From the NCBI GenBank assembly GCA_016302725.1, contig JAEDNB010000001.1, forward strand, positions 1 to 29,352: DNA of 29,352 nt. Reading direction: 5' to 3'. Each line of letters starts with the position of its first letter. Position 1 is the first letter of the stretch. This DNA comes from Lentisphaeria bacterium (lineage in GTDB: Bacteria; Verrucomicrobiota; Lentisphaeria; Oligosphaerales; Oligosphaeraceae). The notes beneath the pieces are model-generated. The model was given only the letters and a program-made list of their open reading frames with translations, had not been told where the DNA came from and ran no database searches. Both the position numbers and the translations under genes were made by a program. Below, in pieces: positions 1 through 8,539 of the stretch.

Positions 1-487
1 CATCCTCCGACTGGGCGGTCACATCCGGGTCCACGGTGCCGTCATAGACCCCCTTGACCACGGCGGAGGCAATCAGTCCATTGGTGGTGTCCTGGGCATC
101 CGCCTGCGCGGCGTCAATGGTGGGGAAGAAGGCGCCCATGGGGAGGTGCTGCCACTTGCTTCCCTCCACCCATTCCTGGAAGACCCAATCCGCCCCCACT
201 TTCTTCACATAGGCGCAACGGAAGGTACGCAGGGCGACGGCGTCGACCAGGTTTTCGTTATAGTCTCCGTCCAGGGTGGTGTCCGGGAAGAGGACGGCCA
301 CGGGGCGGCGTTTTTGGCAGGCCCTGGTGCGGGCCATGTTCAATTGGGAGGTGATAATCCGGTTGCCGTAGTTGACGGCATTTCCGGTCATGAGCCGGTT
401 GTAGGCCGGCACAGTCACACCCACGATGACCGTCATGATGATAGTCACCGTAAGGAGCTCTACTAGGGTAAACGGGCGGTTGGTCAT
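1..487 (-). CDS. Prepilin-type N-terminal cleavage/methylation domain protein (GspH/FimT-like minor pseudopilin); runs off the left edge
   Basis: Manual minus-strand translation from ATG at 487: MTNRP-FTLVELLTVTIIMTVIVGVTVPAYNRL...SQLNMARTRACQKRRPVAVLF. FTLVE plus hydrophobic helix, then the AR..A....V.V pattern typical of GspH/FimT. Absent from the ORF track because it is truncated. Confidence 0.85.
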   Translation of the reverse strand, partial: MTNRPFTLVELLTVTIIMTVIVGVTVPAYNRLMTGNAVNYGNRIITSQLNMARTRACQKRRPVAVLFPDTTLDGDYNENLVDAVALRTFRCAYVKKVGADWVFQEWVEGSKWQHLPMGAFFPTIDAAQADAQDTTNGLIASAVVKGVYDGTVDPDVTAQSED

Positions 488-1350
488 GGATGGAACCTCC
501 CGCCGAAGGCTCAGGCTATGATGGGACGCTGTGGATGAAGGGCACCCTCTGGTTCAGGAAGAATTCCGCAGGGCTTTCCCTGGCCCCCTTTTGTCCCGGG
601 GCATGGGAGGCTCCCTGGTCTTCCCCCGGCCCGAAGGGCCCGGTTCTTTCTCTTCCCTGCCTGGCCTTTCCTCTCCCCGCCCTGAAAGGCGGCGCCGTCC
701 TGGGGACTGTCGCAGGCAGACGGGGAGGCTTTCGCCCCGGGAAAGGCCAGTGCTTTGCGTGGATATGCGCAACTCTGGGTGGATTTTGCTGTTGTCTTGT
801 TTCCCAATCCGTGGGAATCGGCTCTTTTGCGCCCTCATGCCCTCTTTCGCGGGAATGCGCAGGCAGGCGACTGCGGCTTTCTTTCCTTATGAAATTTTCG
901 GCGCTGGCGCAGAATCTCCTTGTTTCACACGGGTTCGGGTTTTGGGTTCAAGAACAAAATCCACTTGCAGAGGGCGGATTCCTGTCCCGGGGTTTTCCTT
1001 CCTGTTCCTTCCTGTCGTCCCCGTGGAGCGCCCTTCCCTTTTGCCCTGCCCATGCCGCGGTTTCGGCAAAGGGAGAGAGGGGAAGGCGCAGGAGCGGAGG
1101 TCTGGGCGGAGGGGAGAAAATCCCCTTTTGCGTGGGTCGAGAGGGCGCCGCGCCTCTTTTCCCTCCCCGGCAGGGGGAAGGGGGAAGGCAGGGCGCCGGA
1201 GGCGCACGGGGAGAAAGGGGTGGGGCGAGGGGAGGCCTTCCCGCAAAGGCGGCCTGCCTGGCTTCTTCGCCTTTCCCTATGTGCCTGTGGTATCCACATC
1301 CCTCCCGTTTCGCCTGGCGGCGAGGCGGGAGGGAAGCGTCTTGTCAGTCT

Positions 1351-3567
1351 TCAGTCTTCGGCATCAAGTGGTACGCAACGGGTGAGTTCCCCATTGGGGG
1401 CCACCCCCGCTGCATACAGTTTTATGGCTATTTGTTCCCCTTCGTCCTCGGCATAGCCGAAGGCCTGGGGAGAGGAGACGTTCATGGTTACGGGTTTCTC
1501 GCCGGCAGCTCCTGCCGTCAAGTTCTTGGGTCCGCCAAGATAGGCGGCCAAATTGGCGAATTTCTCCGAGAGGTATTCCGCGCCTAAATCGGCGGGACGG
1601 ACATTCCAGCGCCTGCGTCCACCCTCCGCCAGCCGATAGGCCAGCATCAGGGGATCCTGGGCTTTCGGGGCGGCATTGGCCCTCTCCACAATGCCCACCA
1701 GGTGCTTCTCCGAGAGCAGGGCCGGATTCACATCCTCGGGGGCGGCATAGATGCGGATGGCCACCAGCCCCTTTTCGGGATGGGCCCAGGTCACGTCCGC
1801 CTTGTCCAAGCCGGCGGATTGACGGCGGCGGCAGGTGACGGCGGGCAGGGGCAGGTTTTCATTGACCCGGTGCTCCAGCACCCGCAGGGCATCCAGGAGT
1901 TCCAGCATGCCCGCAGGGGAGGCCGCCGCCTGGATGGGGGCGTTGCTCTCCTTCCACACGTAGTATTTGCCTTCCCGCACCAGGAAATTTTCCACGGCGT
2001 GGAAATAGACCTCTTCCAAGGCCTCCTCCGCCCGGGCATACTCCGGCTCCTCGGGAGACAGGACATCCCGCGCATGGGCCAGAAGGCGTGCGGCGGCGGC
2101 AGTGGGAATCAATTCCGTCCGGCCTTCCCCGAATTCCTTCTTCAGTTCCGGGCTTTGGAAGGCGAAGGAATTCCAGGCGGCAGTGCCGTCCACCCGCTCC
2201 TTCAGCAGGTTGCGGATGATTTGGACGCCCATCCGCAGTTCCGCCGCCTCCCCGGCCGCATTCCACGGGGTCTTCTTCAGGGGGCTGTCCACGTGGCGGA
2301 TTGCCGCCGGGCTGAAGCAGTGCTGGGCCAGGGCGGCGGTGGCCAGGAGATTGGGCGTGCCGTCCACCCGCCAGAAGCCCGTGGCCGGGTCTTGGCTCTT
2401 TTCCAACTGGGAGCGCAGGCTCTCCAGCCACCCTTCCTCAAATCCGGGCGTCAGTTTCAAGGTGGTGGCCGTGAAGTAGATGTAGGGAAGATAGGCCACC
2501 CCCTTCTGGAGATGGAACCAGTCGTTCCCCGCCTTTTGGAGATAGTCCTTCAGGCCCTCCAGGGTGCGCAGGGAGCCGAAGGCGTGGTTGCCGTCCAGGA
2601 AGCGCCAGGGGAGCCTGCTTTCCAGCCCATAGTAGAGGAGCATGGGCAGTTCGTCGAAGGCGGGATTGGGGGAGAAGGTGGCGGTGGCGTCGTCCAGGCT
2701 GTCCTTGGGCACCCTCTGCTCCCTGCGTCCAATCCTTTCATAGGAGAGTCCGCCAAAGTAGGCCTTTCCCGTGCCGCGGGCAAGGAGGGTGAGGTAGAGA
2801 CCGGGCTGGATGACAGTGGATTCGCTGGCGAGACCCAGGACATCCAGGAGCTGGTCCTTCTGGGCTTCGCTGCGTCCGGAGCCGGAGAGGAAGAATCCGG
2901 CGGGCACGGGGAGGTCCAGGTAGTAGTTGTGCCAAGGGAAGGTGCCCCGGGTCTTGAAGGCGCTGGCAACCTGGGTCACCAGGTTTCCGTTGTCGTCGTA
3001 GAGTTCCAGTTGAAGGGCGGGGGCGTCCGTCCAGAGATTGCCGTCCTGGGCCACCTCCTCTCCCTTGATCCAGATGTGGAAGCGGAGGATTTGGCCCTGG
3101 GCTTCGTTGAGGGAATCGGTGTCCACGAGACTCTTGCTAGCCAGGCGGAGGTCCTGCTGGCTCAAGCAGAGGACCGCCCCCTTGCCCACTCCCATGGGCG
3201 GCAGGGTCTCCCCCGGCGCCACCAAGGCAGCCCGCTGCTGGGGCTCCAGAAGGGCCGCCAGATCCAGGGGTTCGGCCTTTCCGTCGGTGACCCCATGCAT
3301 ATACGGAGTGGTGGCGGCGCCCCGGGCATTGGGATCCGGGCCGGAAATCTCTTCCAGGGAATTCCCCTCTTCCCCGGCTTCCTCCACCCCGCCGTCCTGG
3401 GCCTCCTCCCCTTCTTCATCGTCCTCCGCCAGGAGTTCCTCCTGGTAGGCGGCTTCCGCTTCCTGGGCGTGCATCGGCTGCCCGAAGGGACCCGCCCCCA
3501 GGGAAAGGGCGGAGACGGTCGCCAGGGTCAGGGAGGCGAGGAGGGATTTCCAGGAATCGAAGTTCAT
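1351..3567 (-). CDS. Large secreted hypothetical protein (signal peptide, acidic linker, CBM-like beta-sandwich, probable alpha/alpha-barrel region)
   Basis: Within the 750-aa ORF 1351..3603. ATG at 3567 gives MNFDSWKSLLASLTLATVSALSLGA (signal-like). Protein-like composition and a strong sigma70-type promoter upstream. Confidence 0.75.
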   Translation of the reverse strand: MNFDSWKSLLASLTLATVSALSLGAGPFGQPMHAQEAEAAYQEELLAEDDEEGEEAQDGGVEEAGEEGNSLEEISGPDPNARGAATTPYMHGVTDGKAEPLDLAALLEPQQRAALVAPGETLPPMGVGKGAVLCLSQQDLRLASKSLVDTDSLNEAQGQILRFHIWIKGEEVAQDGNLWTDAPALQLELYDDNGNLVTQVASAFKTRGTFPWHNYYLDLPVPAGFFLSGSGRSEAQKDQLLDVLGLASESTVIQPGLYLTLLARGTGKAYFGGLSYERIGRREQRVPKDSLDDATATFSPNPAFDELPMLLYYGLESRLPWRFLDGNHAFGSLRTLEGLKDYLQKAGNDWFHLQKGVAYLPYIYFTATTLKLTPGFEEGWLESLRSQLEKSQDPATGFWRVDGTPNLLATAALAQHCFSPAAIRHVDSPLKKTPWNAAGEAAELRMGVQIIRNLLKERVDGTAAWNSFAFQSPELKKEFGEGRTELIPTAAAARLLAHARDVLSPEEPEYARAEEALEEVYFHAVENFLVREGKYYVWKESNAPIQAAASPAGMLELLDALRVLEHRVNENLPLPAVTCRRRQSAGLDKADVTWAHPEKGLVAIRIYAAPEDVNPALLSEKHLVGIVERANAAPKAQDPLMLAYRLAEGGRRRWNVRPADLGAEYLSEKFANLAAYLGGPKNLTAGAAGEKPVTMNVSSPQAFGYAEDEGEQIAIKLYAAGVAPNGELTRCVPLDAED

Positions 3568-3647
3568 AGGTGGGTGGCTGGGATGAGGATAGTAAACCGC
3601 CAAGGACAGGGGGGGACGGCAATGCCAGGACCCGCCGCATTTCCTTT

Positions 3648-3675
3648 ATTTTAGCAAAAGTCCCGGGAATGTCAA
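3648..3675 (-). promoter_or_regulatory. Sigma70-type promoter for the 1351..3567 gene
   Basis: Minus strand TTGACA-16 bp-TAAAAT, with TG of an extended -10 (TGCTAAAAT). Confidence 0.7.
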
Positions 3676-3771
3676 GAAAAAGGGGAAAAAATCTGTCCAG
3701 GGGCCAACCGGACAGGCCCCCTCCCCCCGTGGGGACCCACGGGGGAGGAGAGGGGAGGAATTTCCCTGGGG

Positions 3772-4968
3772 CTATTCCTGGGAAGGCTCCACCTGGGACT
3801 CTTCCCCAGGGGCCGGCTCCTCCGAGGGCGGCACCGCCCGCATGGGCATGAGGATGTAGATGAAGCCGGGGTCGCCCGTCATCTCCATCTGGGTCATGCC
3901 ATCGTTGTAATTGAGTTGGAAGGTGTCGCAGGAGAGGTATTTGAGGGGATCCATGAGGAAATTGGGATTGAAGGCGATTTCAATGGGTTCGCCCTTCAGT
4001 TCCACGTCCATCACATCCTCTGCATTGCCATATTCCTGGGAGAAGGCGGAGATGCGCATGGAGTGTTCCTGGATGGACAGGGTGACGGAGAGGGATTCCT
4101 CGTTTTCGCTCACCATGGTGCGCACCCGGCGCAGCACTTCCATGAAGACCAGGCGGGGAATCTCCACCACGTTGCGGAAACTGCCGGGAATCACCGAACG
4201 GTAGTTGGGATAGGCCTTGTCCACCAGTTTGCTGGTCAACGTGGTCTCGCCGAATTCAAAGACCGCCACGCTCTTCGCCAGGCGGATGGTCACCGTCTTG
4301 CTCTGGTCCACGCTGCGGACCAGTTCCTTGACGACCTTGCTGGGAAGGATGAACTCGCCCTCCCGGGCGGGCGCCCCTCCCGCCTGCCCCTCCTGGTCCG
4401 CGGCAGCAGGCTCAAGGGAAGACTCCACCAAGGCCAGACGGCGCCCGTCCGTGGCCGCAATGGTCCGCATGGTCCCATGGAGGGAAAAGAGAATCCCGCT
4501 CAACTGGGGACGCGTCTCATCCGCGCTGCGGGCATAGGAGGTCTTGCACAGGCAGTCCACCAGTTCCTTTCCCCCCATGGAAAAGGACCACTCTTCCGCA
4601 AAGAAATCCGCCGGGGGGAAATTCTCCCCGCGCTTGCCATGCAGCTTGTAACTTGCCTTCAGGCACTTCAGCCGAATCTCCTCCGGGGCTTCCACACGGG
4701 TCTCGAACAGCAGGTCCCCCATGGGAAGGGTGGCGACCACTTCGCTGAATTTCTGGGCGGGAACCGCAATGGCCCCTCCCTCGTTCACCGTGGCCGGAAT
4801 GGTCGTCCGAATCCGCAACTCCATGTCGTATGCCGTCAAATGCAGGGCGTCCCCCTCCGCCTCCAGCAAGATGTGGCTCAAAATCGCGTTCAGGGCCGGC
4901 TTGCCGGCAACGGGGCTCACACGACGAATGGCATTCAGCAGCCTTTCCGTATTGACCAGAAAATTCAT
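3772..4968 (-). CDS. dnaN: DNA polymerase III beta sliding clamp
   Basis: ILSHILLEA, AYDMELRI, RPQLSGILF, ATDGRRLA, YPNYRSVIP, IAFNPNFLMD, YILMPMR; AGGAG RBS upstream. Confidence 0.97.
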   Translation of the reverse strand: MNFLVNTERLLNAIRRVSPVAGKPALNAILSHILLEAEGDALHLTAYDMELRIRTTIPATVNEGGAIAVPAQKFSEVVATLPMGDLLFETRVEAPEEIRLKCLKASYKLHGKRGENFPPADFFAEEWSFSMGGKELVDCLCKTSYARSADETRPQLSGILFSLHGTMRTIAATDGRRLALVESSLEPAAADQEGQAGGAPAREGEFILPSKVVKELVRSVDQSKTVTIRLAKSVAVFEFGETTLTSKLVDKAYPNYRSVIPGSFRNVVEIPRLVFMEVLRRVRTMVSENEESLSVTLSIQEHSMRISAFSQEYGNAEDVMDVELKGEPIEIAFNPNFLMDPLKYLSCDTFQLNYNDGMTQMEMTGDPGFIYILMPMRAVPPSEEPAPGEESQVEPSQE

Positions 4969-4989
4969 TGACAGGCTCCTAGTGATTGT

Positions 4990-5290
4990 TATTGAAAGAC
5001 AAAAACACTATTAGTAGTCTCCCCCAGTTTTGTCGACAGACAAATGGAAACCGTTGAAGACAAAACAGTTAATTTTGTAGAAAACCCTGTCGATTTCCCG
5101 TACGGAGAAGGAAGACAAAAGTTATCAACAGGGGAATGGACAGGGAAATTGACAAGTTATGTACAGGTTGTGTACAGATTTACTAAACTACACTCCCTAC
5201 CCCCGGTTTTCCGCCGGATAATATAGCGTGGGAAAAATCTGGTGTGGTCTATCCCTTTGGATTTCCGCATTCTAGATTAATAGTGTAGTA
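4990..5290. other. Candidate replication origin (oriC): degenerate DnaA boxes, DnaA-trio-like tract, AT-rich
   Basis: TTATCAACA 5122-5130, TTATGTACA 5157-5165, TTGTGTACA 5168-5176, TTGTCGACA 5030-5038, TGTAGAAAA 5076-5084. Read toward dnaN: box, GC-rich spacer, CTACTAATA, AT-rich. Immediately upstream of dnaN. Confidence 0.65.
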
Positions 5291-5438
5291 TGCTTTCTTG
5301 CGGGGGGGGGAGAGGGGGTGTAGTTGCCAGTCGATCCTGAATGGCATGGGTTGTTTTGCTTTGAAGGCGTTGTGAGAGGCGGCCTCCTGGTGTCGGCAAC
5401 GGGGTTTGGATTCATTGGGGTTTGGAAGGCAGCGATTT

Positions 5439-5480
5439 AAAAAAGAGTCGGCAGGTCCGTGGAGGGCATGGACCTGCCGA
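5439..5480 (-). terminator. Rho-independent terminator of prs
   Basis: Stem TCGGCAGGTCCGTG / CATGGACCTGCCGA (5448-5480), followed on the minus strand by CTCTTTTTT. Confidence 0.75.
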
Positions 5481-5532
5481 TTGTGTGTGCCGTGTGCGGC
5501 GGGGGCGCTCTCGGGATTTGGAGAGGAGTCGT

Positions 5533-6744
5533 CTAGAGATTGTCCCGGAGGTCCTGGTTTTCCGCCCAATAGGGGTTTTTCCGGGAGATATCGACGGTAT
5601 ATGCGGGGCAGTATTCCGGGAGATTGAGTTTCAGGATTTTATTCCTGAGCACATTGACGATCCAGCGGGAGATTTTGAGGATGAGCATTTTTTTCCGGAG
5701 TCTTCCCTGCATATCCCGGTTCAGGATATTGGGGAGGGTGTCGGTGGTGATGATATCGTCCACCACATCGTCGTTGAGGTTTTCCTTCACTTCCTGGGAG
5801 GAGTTGAAGTGTGTGACCACGAAGAGGACGCGGGAGGCTCCAGCTGCCTTGAGTTGTTTGCAGCATGCCACGATGGTTCCGCCGGTGCGGACCATGTCGT
5901 CGCAGACCACGACCTCCCGTCCAGCGATATCCTCCAGGGCGGTGGGGCTGGTATCGGCGGCCTTGATGGCCACTTGCCGTTCGCCGGTGCGTTCCTTGCT
6001 CATGATCAGGAGGCTGGGTTCCTTTTTGAGGAGGAGTCCGGTGCTTTCCTTCACATAGGCATTGAAGACGGCCTTGGCGAAGGGGGCGGCTCCCTTGTCT
6101 GGGGCGCAGATGACCAGTCCCTTGTCGGAGAGGTTTGCCTGGGTCAGGCTGGCGTGGTTTGCCAGGTAGCTGGCATAGAGTTCCGCGGGGGAGAGGTTGA
6201 AGAAGTTTCCGTCGAAGAGCTTTTCGAAGAGTTCGGCCACGGCCACGGAGTGGTTGTGGACCGTGAGGACGGCGTCCACGCCGCTGGTCTTGAGGAGTTG
6301 TGCGTAGAGCATGGCGCTCCAGGGCTGTCCGTCGAACTTTTTGTAGTCGCTGGGGGTGCGTTGGAAGGCCACGTGTCCGTATTCCGGGCGGGGGCCGCGG
6401 TCCTGGGCGCTGTAGAAGAGGTCGGGTTCCACCAGGATGACATGCTCTGCGCCATTGTCCTTTGCGGCCCGTGCCACCAGGAAGGTGCGCATGGCCCGGG
6501 CGTTTCGGGTGTGTTGTCCGCTGCAGGAGGAGACGATGATGACGGTCTTTCCCTTGAGTGCGTATCCGATGTGGTCGAAATCTGCCTCGTCGCTGATGAA
6601 CCTGGGGCAGAACTCGGAGTTGGCGAATTGTTTGTAGGCCAGGATGTCGGAGATGTCCGTCTCCTGGTGCATATAGTGGGCGATATCTAGAGCCAACGGG
6701 TCGTCGGCCACGGCGCCGACGATGATGTATTTGCCGGAAAGCAT
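5533..6744 (-). CDS. prs: Ribose-phosphate pyrophosphokinase (long, divergent form)
   Basis: KQFANSEFCPR, FYSAQDR loop, VLTVHNHS, ICAPDKGA, KERTG, PRPP-binding VVCDDMVRTGGTI, VTH, ITTDTLP. Confidence 0.9.
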   Translation of the reverse strand: MLSGKYIIVGAVADDPLALDIAHYMHQETDISDILAYKQFANSEFCPRFISDEADFDHIGYALKGKTVIIVSSCSGQHTRNARAMRTFLVARAAKDNGAEHVILVEPDLFYSAQDRGPRPEYGHVAFQRTPSDYKKFDGQPWSAMLYAQLLKTSGVDAVLTVHNHSVAVAELFEKLFDGNFFNLSPAELYASYLANHASLTQANLSDKGLVICAPDKGAAPFAKAVFNAYVKESTGLLLKKEPSLLIMSKERTGERQVAIKAADTSPTALEDIAGREVVVCDDMVRTGGTIVACCKQLKAAGASRVLFVVTHFNSSQEVKENLNDDVVDDIITTDTLPNILNRDMQGRLRKKMLILKISRWIVNVLRNKILKLNLPEYCPAYTVDISRKNPYWAENQDLRDNL

Positions 6745-6782
6745 GGGGAGGGGGAAAGAGGGGGGGTGGGGAGGGAAAACGT

Positions 6783-6794
6783 GCTTAATATAAG
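6783..6794. promoter_or_regulatory. GCTTAATATAAG element upstream of prs (-10 box or operator)
   Basis: Identical 12-mer also lies upstream of rpmH (11313-11324); CTTA-ATA-TAAG dyad. Confidence 0.45.
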
Positions 6795-7272
6795 AGGTAC
6801 ATACTGTCGCCGGGCTGGAAAAGGGGACGGTGGTGGTCTGCCTTGCGTGCCTTGGCGGGAGAGTCCAGCTCCTGGGAAAAGCAGGATGCCTGGCCTTTCC
6901 CTTTGGGGGTAGGGCAAAGGCTGGCAGGGGCCATCGGGAGGGAGTCCATTGAGGCTCGGCATGGCCCTGCCGGAGAGGGGGATGCTGGACGAGGCCAGGA
7001 AAAATATGGCGAATGAAGTGTTAGGTAATCCCGAAAAATAGAAGTGGGGGGATTACAAGTTCCTCTTTCTGGCGAGAGAAGGAATTCTTCTTTTTTTGGA
7101 GGGTGTTTTGAGGATGAACTTGCCAAAGGAAGCCGGCGGAATTCCCGGGCCATATTCCCGGAGGGTCACTTTCGGGAATGCGGCAGGGAGTTCTGACGGA
7201 TAAGGAATGGCAGGTAAGCCCCGGCGCCCGGCTCCCCTGCCATCAAGACAACCGCAGGCGCAAGGAGAAGTC

Positions 7273-7695
7273 ATGGAAAACCCAAAATACGCAATGTGTT
7301 CCGGAGGAGTCAACAGCGCGACGGAGATCTCCGTCGGAGAGAAGGATTGCTACTGTTTGCTCTGGGATCCGGAGCCGCCGCTGAAATAGGAAATCCGGGA
7401 GCTGGAGACGGCCATCGGTACGGTGGATCTGGAATACGTCATCCCGGTAAAGGACAAGCAGAAGGTCCTCCGGGCCCTGTGGCCCTTCAAGGGGCCAGTC
7501 CCGAAACTGAACGACACCTTCTTCGACATTCACTCCCAAAAGGAATTCAAGGTCAAGGAGTTCAGGGTCATCCGATGCCGGGGGCGCAACATGATTTGCG
7601 CTCCCGACTATCCGAACACCGGCGGAATGGTCGTCGACTGGGCGACCGACCAAAGGAATGCCTCCCAGCAATGGGATGCAAAGAAGGGGGCATAG
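7273..7695 (+). pseudogene. Small hypothetical gene with an in-frame TAG at 7387-7389 (or a standalone ~90-aa ORF from 7423)
   Basis: AAGGAG RBS then ATG 7273. The frame continues past the TAG (EIRELETAIGT) into ORF 7423..7695, which is followed by a terminator. Confidence 0.55.
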
Positions 7696-7747
7696 GCGAA
7701 AAAAAACTCCCCGGGGCTCGAAAGGGCTTCGGGGAGTTTTTTTTGCC
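7695..7747. terminator. Bidirectional rho-independent terminator
   Basis: AAAAAAAACTCCCCGGGGCTC-GAAA-GGGCTTCGGGGAGTTTTTTTT between the convergent 7273..7695 ORF and jag. Confidence 0.85.
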
Positions 7748-7938
7748 TGGGCCAGTGTTCCTCTTTCCGAAACCGCTGGCGGAGGAGGGGATGCCCCGCC
7801 ATGCAGGGAATCTCCGGAGGCGACCACTACTGTGGATGGGGTGGCCAGGCGCTGCGGCATTCGGCCAAGCCACAATAGTGGGGACAAGGAACGCGCCCTC
7901 CCCTTTCGGGGAATCCTGGCGTGGGAATGGAGCCGGCG

Positions 7939-8508
7939 TTAGGCTTTCCAGGAGATTTCCACGTATTTCATGCGCTCGCCGGCTTCCGGAGCGGGGATGG
8001 AGTTTGTCTCCACCTGGGGATCATCCTTGAGGGTGGTGTGGATGATTCTGCGTTCGGCAGGGAGATAGGGACCCAGCCGGCGGCTCTTTTTCCAGTGCCG
8101 CACCTCCTTGGCGCAATCCTGGGCCATGCGGGTGAGCTGGTCCACGGTTTCGTCGTCCAGGATGGTGCGTTTCCCGTCCCTGGTGTGCTTGGGGGCGTCC
8201 CCGGTCTTTCCGGTGGTTCGTCCGTCCACCTGGACAGGGATCCAGGGTGCGTCTTCGTCCTTTCGTTTGAGGATTCGGTTGAAGAGGAGTTCGAGGGCTT
8301 CCTGGGTCTGTCCCCGTTTTCCGATGACCTTTGCGGCCTCCTGTGTTTGGAGGTCGATGGCGAAGTGTTCGTTGTCATCTTCGGCCAGGATCTGGCAATC
8401 CGCCTGGATTCCCAGGGCACGGACCATTTGGTCCAGCGTTTCCTTGGCGAGGGTCTGCAGTTCCTGTGGGGTCATGGTCTTTGGGTCCTTGGGTTGGTCT
8501 GGTTGCAT
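7939..8508 (-). CDS. jag: Jag/KhpB (EloR)-family RNA-binding protein, KH + R3H, apparently lacking the N-terminal Jag domain
   Basis: KH motif VIGKRGQTQEALELL, R3H motif ERRIIH; canonical position after yidC. Confidence 0.88.
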   Translation of the reverse strand: MQPDQPKDPKTMTPQELQTLAKETLDQMVRALGIQADCQILAEDDNEHFAIDLQTQEAAKVIGKRGQTQEALELLFNRILKRKDEDAPWIPVQVDGRTTGKTGDAPKHTRDGKRTILDDETVDQLTRMAQDCAKEVRHWKKSRRLGPYLPAERRIIHTTLKDDPQVETNSIPAPEAGERMKYVEISWKA

Positions 8509-8539
8509 GGTCTTCTGTGGAAATGGGGTGGGCCGTGGT

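Noticed and set aside
690..870. Possible c-di-GMP-I riboswitch upstream of the pilin (GCGAAAG, GCGCAAAA, ACGCAAAGC fragments on the minus strand)
   Set aside because: The fragments are not in the order and spacing needed for the P1/P2 architecture; it would need an Rfam hit.
490..1587. Plus-strand ORFs 490..1587 and 531..1385
   Set aside because: Low-complexity Gly/Arg/Pro/Cys-rich translations, no motifs, and overlap with the 3' end of the 1351 gene.
7387..7389. Genome-wide TAG reassignment
   Set aside because: TAG terminates conserved genes here at or near their expected ends (dnaN, argF, kdgK, uxuA).
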